Below, in pieces: positions 24,193 to 35,497 of a stretch of 64,000 nt of DNA; position 1 is the first letter of the stretch, and each line of letters begins with the position of its first letter. The notes below the pieces were generated by a model. It had not been told where the DNA came from. It saw only the letters and a list, made by a program, of their open reading frames with translations, and did no database searches. The DNA is from Rhizodiscina lignyota (taxonomy: Eukaryota), in NCBI GenBank assembly GCA_010015805.1, contig ML978122.1, positions 2,824,453-2,888,452 on the forward strand. Direction: 5' to 3'. Both the position numbers and the translations under genes were made by a program.

Positions 24193-27100
24193 GGCACGTA
24201 GATCGAGCAACGGCGAGCGCATGAGTTCTGAGCGTCGAAACATAATGCTGACGAGGACGCCGCGCTGCGTGCAATTGATGAGTGCTGACGCGGTTGGGTC
24301 GCTGGGCAGGCAAGCCCGTCTGCCGCTGGCAATCGTTAGAGCAGCTCTCGGAGACTCCAGCAGGAGCAGGGAGGAGGGCTGGGAAGCCAGTGGCAGCGGA
24401 GAGGGAACGAGGAGGCCCCCATACCCTCCCCTCGCCCTCGCTCGCACTCACACCTTTCTCATCAGTCACCACTGCCACCCTGCCATAGCACGCTACAGGT
24501 ATTCGCTGACCGTTTCACGCCGGGACGTGGCAGAGAGGCGGCGGTCGCTGGCGTGTATGTAACCTTGCGACTCGCCGTCCACTCAGTGATGGGCGAACGT
24601 TTCGCGGGCATTGTGGCCAGAGGGACAGTGACAGCAGTGCCGCCATAGTGACGGCATTTTGGCGGCACCTCTCCATTTGGGCATTTGCCGAGCCAGCTCC
24701 ACACCGCACAGCCATGCTGCGACGCCATGCTGCGAACGGGCGATGGCGGCGGACGATGATGTCGACGCCTGTCCGATACCGTTACCGACAGCCGCTCCCA
24801 CAGATCTCCGCCGTTATTTCTGTGGCGCCATGCGTGATGCGCTCACCCTCGCTCCTCGTGCAAACCACCCTCCCACTGCTTCATCCCAGCCTTCGAGAAG
24901 GCCGCTAGAAGGCGCACGCTTAGGGCAACGACAGCAGGCTCTCCATGCGCAGAGAGTGCCTCCAAATGACCATGCTGCTGCATGAAGGAATCAAGCCTCA
25001 CCCCCCTCAATTGTATCTGAGCGCGGCTTGCAGTCGACTACGGAAGTGGCCTCGATATTATTCCACCACTTCCGTCTCCCGCTGGGCCGTCCGCTGCCAC
25101 GGTAGTTGATTCATCAGATCAGTGCTTTTCGGTGAGTTCTTGGCATCATTGTTGTGGTTGTCGATATTCCCGCAATATCGTATCCCCTTAGCAAGCTGCG
25201 AATAACGCAATAGCGCCCTTGCATTGAGACTCCACCGCCCCTCGTCTTCACGCTCGTTCTCTCTTTGCTGCAAGAGCGTCCGGGTTGCGATCTTGGTTTG
25301 TAGACGCTAAACCCTACCCCTGGAATTCGCAGTACGACTCGGATGCCTAGACTGCTGACGTGCGTCGCAAGGTGCTTCCCTTGAAAAATAGCTCATTGGC
25401 TGGCCAGTAGCGGGCGTAAGGAAGTGCCGGATTCGGAGCTCTACATGACAACTATGTTATTGGGCATCAAAATTAGAGGCATGAATCGTACTTTGGAGCT
25501 GTGGGATGTTTCATGGCCGCATGTGGCTGATGTAAACCACTGCAAAAGCTCAATCCTTCAGGTGGATGCTATTGATGAATATCGTGCCATGTTCCTCGGC
25601 CACTTTCTGCCATTCCGGGACGGGATCCCCTCTGTCTCCAGAAATCCTGCATGATCACCAAGAAACATGCAAGTTCGACCCAGGAGACAGTTCTGCTGCG
25701 AACGTGCCTCTCCCATGCCCGTCCTTTCAACCCATGAAGATGCATTCTTTAGGAGCAGCTTCTGCGCTGTTTCCCGCAAGTGATAGGGTGGAGAGGAGCT
25801 CCATCTCGATCAAAGCTCCTCCATCGGGTACTCACGGATCGGAAACGGTGTGCGAGCTCCAACAATTGCTTCTCCCATAGCGCAACCAACGATTGAACGA
25901 AGTGTAACCCCACGAACGCTCGATCAGGTTGGCGTCCCTCAACGTTACTGTCGCGTAGTTGTACCTGCGTATACGTATGTAGAAAGATATCGCTAACCGC
26001 GGCGGTGATGAAGCGTGCAGAATGCGTTACGAGATGTGATCATTGCGCTTATGAAAGAGGATACACATTGCCGCGGAGCTTCGACTCATGATACTGGAAG
26101 GATCTCAAATCATGGCTAGGTGTAGAGAAACGTGTTGATCTACTCGATGGAACATGCAATCCACTTTTGATTCCGTACCTTGACCAAAAGAAGAAGGCGA
26201 GGAAGCCAGCCATGTCTTCAACTGTGCTTCCATGATAGCATCCGAGCTTCCGACATTGGTAGTCGTCTTGATTGATATGAACAATGGTGGCAGGGATTTC
26301 GGCAGGTATCCGAATAATTTCATCGGTATTAGGTATCGCGATTCTTTCCATCTAAGAAGTGCGGAAGTACTATGCCTATCGACACGTCATGGCGAGTTAG
26401 TGAACGTTTCCGCAAAAACGGGCGGAGATGAGCAGTAGGGTATTGTCCCAAGCTTCACGGATGGTTGTATCAAGAATCTGGCGTGATTGCGATCCTCTGA
26501 GGTCAGAGAGGAGGCGGAATCTTGGCTTCGGCGTTGCTTCTTCGTAGCATCACCGTAAAGATTGAAGGGTGCGTTTCAGACGGGGAAGAGGCGCCGACAG
26601 GATTTGAAACGAACTCGGAGAACTGCTTCAATGTTCCACCATTAGCACGGATAACAGATCCCGTCCATTTCGATGGAGTCCATTTGAAGGAGGACGGCTT
26701 GTATGGACCATAGTGTTCATGGTGATTTGGCGTGTCGCAAGCTAAGGAGCGGGCGAATAATGCGATTCCTTGGGTCCATCTTGAAGATTGTGAGTCGTAG
26801 AGAACGGAGCGGGATAGCGAGCTTGCCAATCTGTCAGAGTGATTTGAACTTCGCGCCAGAAATAAATCGAGATTTTAGATTTTCTCAAGTCTTCGAAGAG
26901 AGGTCTCCGGTTCCTTTTGTACGCCAATTACTCCTGGGCTAACAGCTTCTTGCCGGTGCCTAAATTCACACTGCGGAAACTAGCAGCAGATCCCGAGAGT
27001 TTATCCTCTCCCAATGTCTTGGTCGAGGAAACATGTTCGACAAAACACTCAGTGTTCACGATGCACTTCTTCCGCTGGGCAGTGCGGGTCTAGCGATATG

Positions 27101-27568
27101 CTGAACTGTGAGCAGAGTAAGAGTCAGAATCTCCAGCAGATACATTGGTACTTTACCAAATCAACGATTCTATTATTGAAAACAATTGCATACGCTGCTG
27201 GGTAAAGGGATGCATCTCGAAGGGACCGGGATTCAGGCTAAATTGCTTCCCCAGGAACAAGCGAGGCGTTGAGGCTTTATTCAGATCGTGGGCCAAATCC
27301 AGCCTGCTGGGCCCAAATGGTTCGAGGAGAACCTTGGGACCCAGCTTGTAATCGCAAATAATATCCGGAGAGGAACAGTCAGGCTCGTCGGGGACTATTA
27401 CGAGCTAAAGGTGGTTGACCGCGACAAGGGAAAGACCGTTGAACGGACGTGGGGCACGTCACTCATCAGTCTTTTCACGCGCTTGCCACACCACCACACC
27501 ACCACATCTCCAGCCTCCTCCAGATTCTCGATCTTTCAATTTATCCAGAATACGAACATCACGCCAGG

Positions 27569-29086
27569 ATGTCGTTGGAAACTCTAACAACCATTTCTCC
27601 GACCACCAACAAGCCCGTTCTGACTCGCACTGGCCTCAGTGATGCGGACCTCGCCGCCCTGCCGACAACGGCCACAGAGGCTTTCAAATCCTACAGAGCA
27701 ACGTCCCTTGCTGAGAGGCAGGAGATCGTCAGGAAGGCTCTTAAGGCCCTCGACAAGCGGAAAGATGTGCTTGCCAAGGAGCTCACTGAGCAGATGGGAC
27801 GCCCCATCGCGTACACAGCAAAAGAAATCACGACTGCAGTAGCTCGTGGGGAGTACCTCCTCAAGATCAGCAGCGAAACTCTTAGCGATACTGACGGAGA
27901 GCCGGAGAAAGGGTTCAAGAGGTACATCAAGAAGGTCCCCATCGGTCCTACATTGATCCTCTTCGCTTGGAACGTAAGGCCTCCGGCAATGCGCCTTTTC
28001 CCCATGTTGTCCGAGCTGACAGAGATCATGCAAAGTACCCCTACCTGATTCTCGTAAACTCCATTGTCCCTGCGTTGCTAGCAGGCAACTCAGTAATCCT
28101 CAAGCCTTCTCCACAGACCCCAACAATTGTGGAGCAAGTACAGGAGATTTTCATTGAGTCTGGCTTGCCTCAGAATGTGATTCAGTATTTCCACTGCGGC
28201 TCCCTGACCCAGCTCGAGGCCATCATCCGGAATCCAGCAATTCAATTGGTCTGCTTCACAGGGTCCGTGGCTGGCGGACTTGCCGTGCAAAATGCAGCTA
28301 GTGACAGAGTCCCAGTGCGCGTTGGGCTTGAACTTGGTGGGAAAGATCCCGCATACGTCCGAGAGGACGTTGATATCAGTTGGGCAGCAGAAGAGATAGT
28401 GGATGGCGCCATCTTCAACTCGGGACAGAGTTGCTGTGCTATCGAACGAGTCTACGTGAAGGACAGCATATACGATAAGTTCATCGAAGCTGTGCAGGAA
28501 GTCCTAAAGGGCTACAAGCTCGGGGATCCGTTCGACAAGTCGACCAATATCGGACCTGTCATCTCGAAGCGATCTGTAGAGACGATCAATTCGCATATCA
28601 AGGACGCTTTGGACAAAGGTGCCAAGGATGCAACACCGGCGAATGAGTCTTTCAAGTCTCCGCCTCCCGATGGCAACTATGTGGCCCCGACTCTCCTGAC
28701 TGATGTCACCCATGACATGTTAGTCATGACTGAGGAGACCTTTGGCCCAGTGATACCAGTGATGAAGGTCAAGGACGACAAGGAGGCTGTGGCTCTTATG
28801 AACGATAGCAACTTTGGTCTAACCGCGAGCATTTGGACGAAAGATGTCGAGAAGGGACATGAACTCGTCGATGACGTCGAGGCCGGCACTGTGTTCGTAA
28901 ACAGAGCCGACTTCCCTGCTCCGGTAAGCTCATCGGAGAGTAGTCGATTTCCTGACGCTGATATTGATATAGGACCTCGCATGGGTTGGTTGGAAGGATT
29001 CTGGAAAGGGCCAGACATTGAGCAAGTTCGGATTCGATCAGTTTGTGAAGCTGAAATCGTACCACATTAAGGACTACCCGAAATGA
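27569..29086 (+). CDS. NAD(P)-dependent aldehyde dehydrogenase; introns 27974..28035 and 28924..28972
   Basis: FAWN|YPY, LKPSPQTP, FTGSVAGG, LELGGKDP (catalytic Glu), NSGQSCCA (catalytic Cys), EETFGPV, P|DLAWVGWKDSGKG; stop at 29084..29086. Confidence 0.95.
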
Positions 29087-30118
29087 TTGCGAGCATATGA
29101 GGATCAGCAAGTGATGTACCTGTCTGACTTATTGGACCTTTACACGTCGTGCTGCAAGGCTTCACAAGGAGGTATGACACGAGCACACGACCATGGCGCG
29201 TTCTGCTCTATGTATAATTAACTCATACATAAGGCTGAACCGCTGAAGCAAGGCAATTACTCAATACAGATGACTGACATCACGTCTTCACGATCGCTCG
29301 CACGCATCAGAATTCACACGGCCATTCTTCGTTGATACAATCACCCGATGAACACGTAAATTCAATCCGCTGCCTCGGACGACGTTGACATCGTGAATTT
29401 GTAGTCGTGATAACTGGAGTGGCGCGTTGGCGTCGTACCTGGATTGGAATGCGCGTCGACCCGGCGCAAGGCATGTAACACAGCAGATTCTGAAGCGAGT
29501 TGCTCGGTCCCATGTCGGTCAACGCCTTGACTACCTCTACTATAATTTCCTTAAATGGATTTCCGTCGATGTTCTAATGAGCTAACGCTCTCGTACCTTT
29601 CCTACCACACTATTAGCGTGTTTGCGTTGTCATTTCATTATCAGAACTTCTACAACACCGCGCTTTCGTCATAAAGTTGTGCAAATAATACATTCCAAGG
29701 TCAATGGAAAGTGCCGTACTCTCCCCGCCATCATATCTCTGGTCCTGACTCCGCGGAATGCGAAACCATGGCGACTGTCTCAAGCAAGGCAAGACCGCGT
29801 CTTGCGTCCTTCACGTGGCAATCAGCAAGACCTCAATGTCTCATTTCTCAGTCCCAATCTCACTGTAATTGGCTGCAGCTTGGACCATTTTGACCTTCTC
29901 TTAAAAAGCTTCAGAGAGCAAGCTCCTCCTCTCCTCCATCAACCACGAACCGCCCAACTCGGACTTCGTCTTTGAACAGTACACTCTTTCTTGATTCAGC
30001 GTTAGCGTGTATACTACGATATTGTCCTTTTCCCTTTCTATTCGCTCCTTCGAATATACTTTCACCTAGCGGGCTTACCTCACGTTCGCCCTTGTTACTC
30101 CAACCTTGAACCACAACC

Positions 30119-30638
30119 ATGAATCAATCACCACTAGCCAGAATCAAGAAGTTCATTGTGCATATCCTCTCCTGCTGCGATCACGCAGACGACCATCATA
30201 CTCCTCTGCAGATTGTAAGTCGCTCATCTTCCGTGTCTCCCGTTCGTCCAACAACTGTCTCTTAACACACGGTCCCAGGGCGCTCCAACCGACTTCCGAC
30301 ACATGGACGTCACACTCCCAGGCCTCACCGAAGACGAGCAGACCTTTATCCGTGAGAAGGCTGTAGACGATGCCGCTCGCATGTTCGCCAACTCACCAAA
30401 CACCCAAGCAACTCACCCATCATTTCCTGACTATCAAATCCCCGCTCCGCGCTCGTCACCATCACTCCCGCATTTCTCCTCTCCGCTGCCGGGCCACCAG
30501 CGCCGGATGAGTCGCGTCGTTGGCCACGCGAGGAAGCTGTCTGCCAGCTTCATGGGAGTGGACTCCGCTGCTGTGAGCGATGAAGAGGGCCCATTGATCG
30601 GCGGGCAGGATGCCGTGGAGGGAGCGAGCGCGCTGTGA
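30119..30638 (+). CDS. 151-aa protein with N-terminal Cys-Cys and a semi-CRIB motif; intron 30215..30278
   Basis: ATG at 30119 in an ACC context. A 32-codon exon and a GTAAGT...CTTAAC...CAG intron join in phase 0 to the 30303 ORF, giving LQI|GAPTDFRHMDV. Confidence 0.7.
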
Positions 30639-31043
30639 GCCTGTAACTTTAGATCGGTTGTGAGTGGCTGGTGGTAGCGGACTGCAAATAAGGGACGAGA
30701 ACTTATAGATGCAAGAATGACACTCATTCAACTGTCTCTGCTGTGCTACATTGAATATCAGACGTGATTTGCTTACCTTGTGCCCATGCATGATGCTGCT
30801 ATCGGCACCATGTTGAAGCTGCTAAGTCACGCGATAAGCTATTGAAAAGGCTTCCGAGCCAGTCAGATTGATCGCTGAACTTCATTTCAGTTCAGTTGTG
30901 CCCGTGGCCAGTGGTAGTGAAACTGAGAGTAAAGTTGCAATTGAATTCAGGTGTACCTGTGCAAAATAGTGATGAACCTGGGTATGATCTTACACTCTAA
31001 TATGAACTACACCGTATTGCGCAAAATACACCTAGCCAAAGCG

Positions 31044-32477
31044 TTATCTGGGTCTCAAGAGCATGACAAGCACGCCAACTACGGTAGCGCCAATGGCTAC
31101 GCTCTCCAATGCCAATGTGGTCATGTCGACCTTGCGAACACTGACAAGACGCTGGCTGAAAAGGTCTTGTAGAGCAGTTTGCCAGCTCTGCATCAACCTT
31201 TGCGCCCTTTCTTGCGGCAGGGCGGTGGGCTTCGACTGGTCGCCAACAGCGCTGAATGCTTCAGCTGCTACCGCTTCGTGGGTTTGATCCTCTACAGCTT
31301 GTAGCTCTTCGTCAGCGGCTTCTTGCATTGGTGCAGCTGATACAGTACCACCGACGAAGTCGTCGGCGGATGTGGCGATCGCAAGGACGTCCTCCTCCTC
31401 GGCCTTCTCAACCTCTTCAGGCGTGGCGCCTTCCGGTAGGACAGCCTCATCAATAGCTTCTTCGATCGCCGCTGTCTGAATCACCCCAGCCTGTGCTTTC
31501 TCATCCAGCGCAGCCTTGATCTCCCGGACCATTCTTCTGCGCCTCCAAGGCTCGAAGACACCAATGTTCGCGAGCAACAGGAAGATATTGAATCCCATAA
31601 GGCCGATCGTGACCCATGTGCTGTTTCTCCTGATAGTATCGCTCCATATCTGCTCCTCATGATACTGTGCCCTCTCCCTCCTCTCGAGCCTCGCTCTGGC
31701 CTCTTCCAGCGCTCGTTCTGAAGTAAGCCACTCTTCGCGCGATGCTTGCACGTTTTGCTCGTTCACATGCTCCATTCTGATGAGGCTCATGTATCTCTCC
31801 AAATCCGTCCCGCTCCATGAGTTCTTCCTCTCCAGCAAACTGACCACCTCTTTCTGTGACGCGAGTTGTTGTGTCTGTGCAACGTCGAAGGCCGCTTTGG
31901 CGGCGGCGACAGAAGCATGTCGTGCCTTGACGAGCTGCTCTTGATCCTTTATCTCCTGCCGCAGAGCCTCAATGCCCGAGTAGTCTGTGCCGGTGTACTT
32001 GTTGATCTCGTGCCCTGCCGTTGCGAGTCGGGCAAGGAGGGTGTCCATGAAGGTATTGAATCGTCTCGTGAACGCATATCTCTGCCTCTCATTGTGGGAC
32101 GGGAGATCTTCTGCTGGCGCAATTTTGACAGCTTCTGGAGCTGTAGGGAGCGGTTTTGGGATGGTAGAAGTTGGAAGGGTGCCTGTAGGTCTCGTAATTG
32201 GAATCTCATCTGCTGTCTGCTCTTCCTTCCGTGCTCGTGCGGACTGCGAAAACCACCTTGACGACCGCGCTGGTGTTCCGATAATTGATATCCGCGTTGT
32301 TCTCCCTACATGACGCGTCCCCTGCGTCGCCAGCGCGCTAAATTGACGTTGTGCGCATACTGGATTCAAGCTGGACCGTATCGAGGTGGCTCGCGGTTGG
32401 ATTCTCCCCAAAGATTCCACGGCGTATTCCAGCAGCACCAGGCGCGATGCTGGGCGGAAGAGGGGTCGCATTTTCAT
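31044..32477 (-). CDS. SHE9: Mitochondrial inner-membrane protein She9/Mdm33; start ATG 32477 or 32471
   Basis: Arg/Ser-rich presequence; NKYTGTDYSGIEALR, SQKEVVSLLERKNSWSGTDLERYMSLIRMEH, QYHEEQIWSDTIRRNSTW, TM segment, FEPWRRRR, C-terminal TM segment. Confidence 0.92.
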   Translation of the reverse strand: MKMRPLFRPASRLVLLEYAVESLGRIQPRATSIRSSLNPVCAQRQFSALATQGTRHVGRTTRISIIGTPARSSRWFSQSARARKEEQTADEIPITRPTGTLPTSTIPKPLPTAPEAVKIAPAEDLPSHNERQRYAFTRRFNTFMDTLLARLATAGHEINKYTGTDYSGIEALRQEIKDQEQLVKARHASVAAAKAAFDVAQTQQLASQKEVVSLLERKNSWSGTDLERYMSLIRMEHVNEQNVQASREEWLTSERALEEARARLERRERAQYHEEQIWSDTIRRNSTWVTIGLMGFNIFLLLANIGVFEPWRRRRMVREIKAALDEKAQAGVIQTAAIEEAIDEAVLPEGATPEEVEKAEEEDVLAIATSADDFVGGTVSAAPMQEAADEELQAVEDQTHEAVAAEAFSAVGDQSKPTALPQERAQRLMQSWQTALQDLFSQRLVSVRKVDMTTLALESVAIGATVVGVLVMLLRPR

Positions 32478-32826
32478 TGACTTCGTAATTGACGCTTTTT
32501 GAGCTTCTACATGGTGAATGGTACAGAGCAAATGGACGAGAGTCACTTGTCTTTCAGACCCTGAGTTCTGCACGAAGCTGCGCAGCCCTTGTGCCCTTTT
32601 CCGGCGGCTGAGTTCGGACGGGACCTGGCTGGCCCTGACGTCTGCGGCTCCAAATTTCTCAACGGGCGGCAAAAAACTTGCGATCAACAACATCCGCCAC
32701 GCAATACACCTTCTTATAGACCTTCTTTTGTGCTTGATAGACTCGCCGGTGTTCAATTTCTCTTACATAGACTTTCGGCCTTTTTACACTTTTTTCCTAC
32801 TTCAATTTACATCAGAAGACTCGACC

Positions 32827-33801
32827 ATGGGTTCGATGGGAGAACTGCCGTACTTGCAGACAAACCCGAAATTCATCTTCTTCACCGACTTTGACGGAAC
32901 AATTACACTGCAAGACAGTGAGACCCTACTCTCCTTCTCACATCTCTAGACGCTTGATTTTTTATTTTAAATGGAGTTGCGCTGTTCCGGCTGGATGCAA
33001 ATGCTAAATGCGCGATTCCAGGCAATGATTTTCTGGTGAGCGCCGAGACCGACAACTTTTGAATTCAATTTCTTACTTAGTTAGACCGACAACATCGGCT
33101 ATGGCAAAGAAAAACGAGTCGCAAGTAACCATGCTGTCCTCGAGGAAAGAGAAACTTTCCGCGAGTCCTTCCAGGGCATGATGGACTCCGTCACCAAGCC
33201 TTACGACCACTGTATCCAGCTCCTTGTCGACAACATCCAGTTGGATCCATACTTCAAGGAATTCCTCTCCTGGGCGATTGCCAACAATATTCCGGTCGTC
33301 GTCCTTTCATCTGGAATGGTTCCGATCATCAAGGCGCTCCTCAAGAACCTTGTTGGAGACGACAGCGACTACATCGATATTGTTGCAAACAACGTCGCCG
33401 CTCGTCCCGGCAAGAAGATTGAGGAAGAGGGCGGGTGGGATATCGCTTTCCACGACGAGAGTGGATTCGGCCACGACAAGTCGCTCGCTATCCGACCATA
33501 CTCGAACCTGCCAGCCGAGAAGCGGCCGACGATGTTCTACGCTGGCGACGGAGTCTCTGATCTGTCTGCCGCGAAGGAGACACATTTGCTGTTTGCGAAG
33601 AAGGGAAAGGATCTCGTGACGTACTGCGTAAAGGAGGACATCCCTTTCACGCTCTTCGAAGACTGGGAGTCTATCCTGGCGAAGACGAAGGAGATTGTGG
33701 CCGGCCAAACTCGCGTTGAGGAAGCCGCCCGCGAAGGGTATGAAGCATACAAGAGGGGCGAGGCTGGAGTCAAGGTACAGAACGGATCGCTTCGTCATTA
33801 A
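32827..33801 (+). CDS. HAD-superfamily phosphatase (YNL010W/Pyp1, MtnX-like); introns 32918..33021 and 33036..33084 around a 14-nt exon
   Basis: Motif I FFTDFDGTITLQD|SNDFL|TDNIGYG; motif II VVLSSGM; GHDKS; motif IV YAGDGVSDLSAA. Confidence 0.92.
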
Positions 33802-34424
33802 CGTCTACGAGACCGTCTTTGATGCCATTTTGGGATGCGGCGTTTCATTAGAGAGGGCATCGATATAGACTGCTGGAAGAGCCTTTTCTACGACTCTGGA
33901 ATAGACATTTTAGACCTGGAAATACATATAACAGTGACCCTACCTAACGAGTATCAGAAATATAAATTGTCGCTTGCCAATCGCAATTTTGCCGAGGCTG
34001 TGCCGACAAGCGGCCGTAAAAAGGGGATATTCGTCTCTTCGCTGAACTTCACTCCATCCTCCGTTCCTTTCAAACTAGGTTCAAGACCGAATCTCTTCCT
34101 TTTGTCGAGCAAACATGCTGTTGCACCTGCCATTGGAACTTCTGCTTGGGCGGTATTCCTACTACCAAGCACTACTGTGCAGGAATGAGGCTGCGGTCAA
34201 AGATGGCGATTGCAATGCTCGAGAGGTGCGGAAGGATGATCAGTGGATGCGTCCTCTGTGGGACAAATATTCCGATGCTCTCGGAGCGTGTCTTGTTGAT
34301 CCGCTCTTTGAAGACTGAAGGAGTTCGACTTTCATCCGCGCTTGCGACAGATTTCTGGAAAAGAGGAAGGCGTTTGTTACCACTTCAAGTGGCTTTGAGG
34401 AAATGCTCTACTAGGCATTACGTT

Positions 34425-35485
34425 TTACTGGTTAATGTGCTCGAATAGTCCCTCCAAGCGTCCATCAGCAGTAATCAGAATTTCAGCATCTTCCTTCAAG
34501 CCTCCCTTGCCATCCATTTTCAGGGCCTCATCCAGCATCTCAACACACTTTTCCATATCCTCCATCAACTTCTTAACGCCCTCATTCCCTTCAGTCCCTT
34601 CATCCAGGACCTTCCCCCAACCCAAACACAACCCCTTCAGCACCTCTCCTTTCCACCCCTCGATCCGTGGCCACCCCATCCTCACAACATCCCCTAACGC
34701 CCCCACCGCCGCCCTCATGAGCTCCACATGCGCCAGCGCAAACGGATCCGCCAGCACATTACCCAGCAGCGGCACGGTCTCCTTCAAATGCTTCACGCTA
34801 TCGATCCCCTCTTCTCGAACAAGCACACCGAGCTGCGTGATCAACACCTCTGCAACAGCGGGGTGCTCGCCTGCAAACGACATCCCATGCAGAACGCCGT
34901 GACGAATTAGTTTGTCGATTGCTTTGACTTTCGCGTCCCAGATTTCCGGGGCGTCGTTTCGAGCCTCTCCTGGGAACCGGGTTCGCGTAAGCGTTACGAG
35001 CGCCGGGTATGCCGAATTTAGAATTGTGACGGATTGTTCGACAGGCGTTAATGTGGGGAGGTACGAAAGAGCAGGCGTTAGCGCCTCTTCAAAAACGCCT
35101 GCTAACCCCGTGCGCGCGAGCAGTGCCGGGGGCGTCGCGCTAAGTAGTAGTGTGAGAAAATCGCAGCCGCGGGCTTTGAAGCGCGTTTCGTGGTCGTCGA
35201 TCATTGCGAGGATTGGTGGGATGAGAAGAGGCCAGTTTGTTTCTACGGTGGTTGGTGTAAGGGAATTCAGGATCCAGCGCAGGATGTGGAGGACGTAGGG
35301 GTCGTGTTTCCAGGGGGTTTGGGTGGCGGCTTCGGAGGGGAGGGTTGGGTTTTGGGGAAGGGGGATATCGCGTTTTCGCGCTGATGGGGTAACGGAGGGG
35401 TGGGATGCTTGGGAGAAGAGTGGACGGATTGCTCGGCGGAGGAAGTGGGTGATGAGAGAGGAGAGGAGGTCAGACTTTGCGGAGT
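34425..35485 (-). CDS. TTI2: Tti2 (TTT co-chaperone subunit) domain exon with no start codon of its own; predicted third exon of the CCA gene
   Basis: Frame open from 35485 to 34425: IRPLFSQ, TPWK, ILRWIL, VETNWPLLIPPILAMIDD, LLARTGLAGVFEEALTPALSYLPTLTP, DSVKHLK, GWPRI, EVLKGL. This fits the fungal Tti2 pattern as I recall it. Confidence 0.8.
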
Positions 35486-35497
35486 CTTGAGTAAGCC

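Noticed and set aside
23944..24985. Stack of overlapping 60-197 aa ORFs upstream of xlnR
   Set aside because: GC-rich promoter-type sequence with few stop codons; Arg/Ala/Pro-rich translations in all frames.
32478..32756. 93-codon upstream extension of the SHE9 ORF
   Set aside because: TTG start inside the 350-nt divergent promoter; the downstream ATG already gives a mitochondrial presequence.
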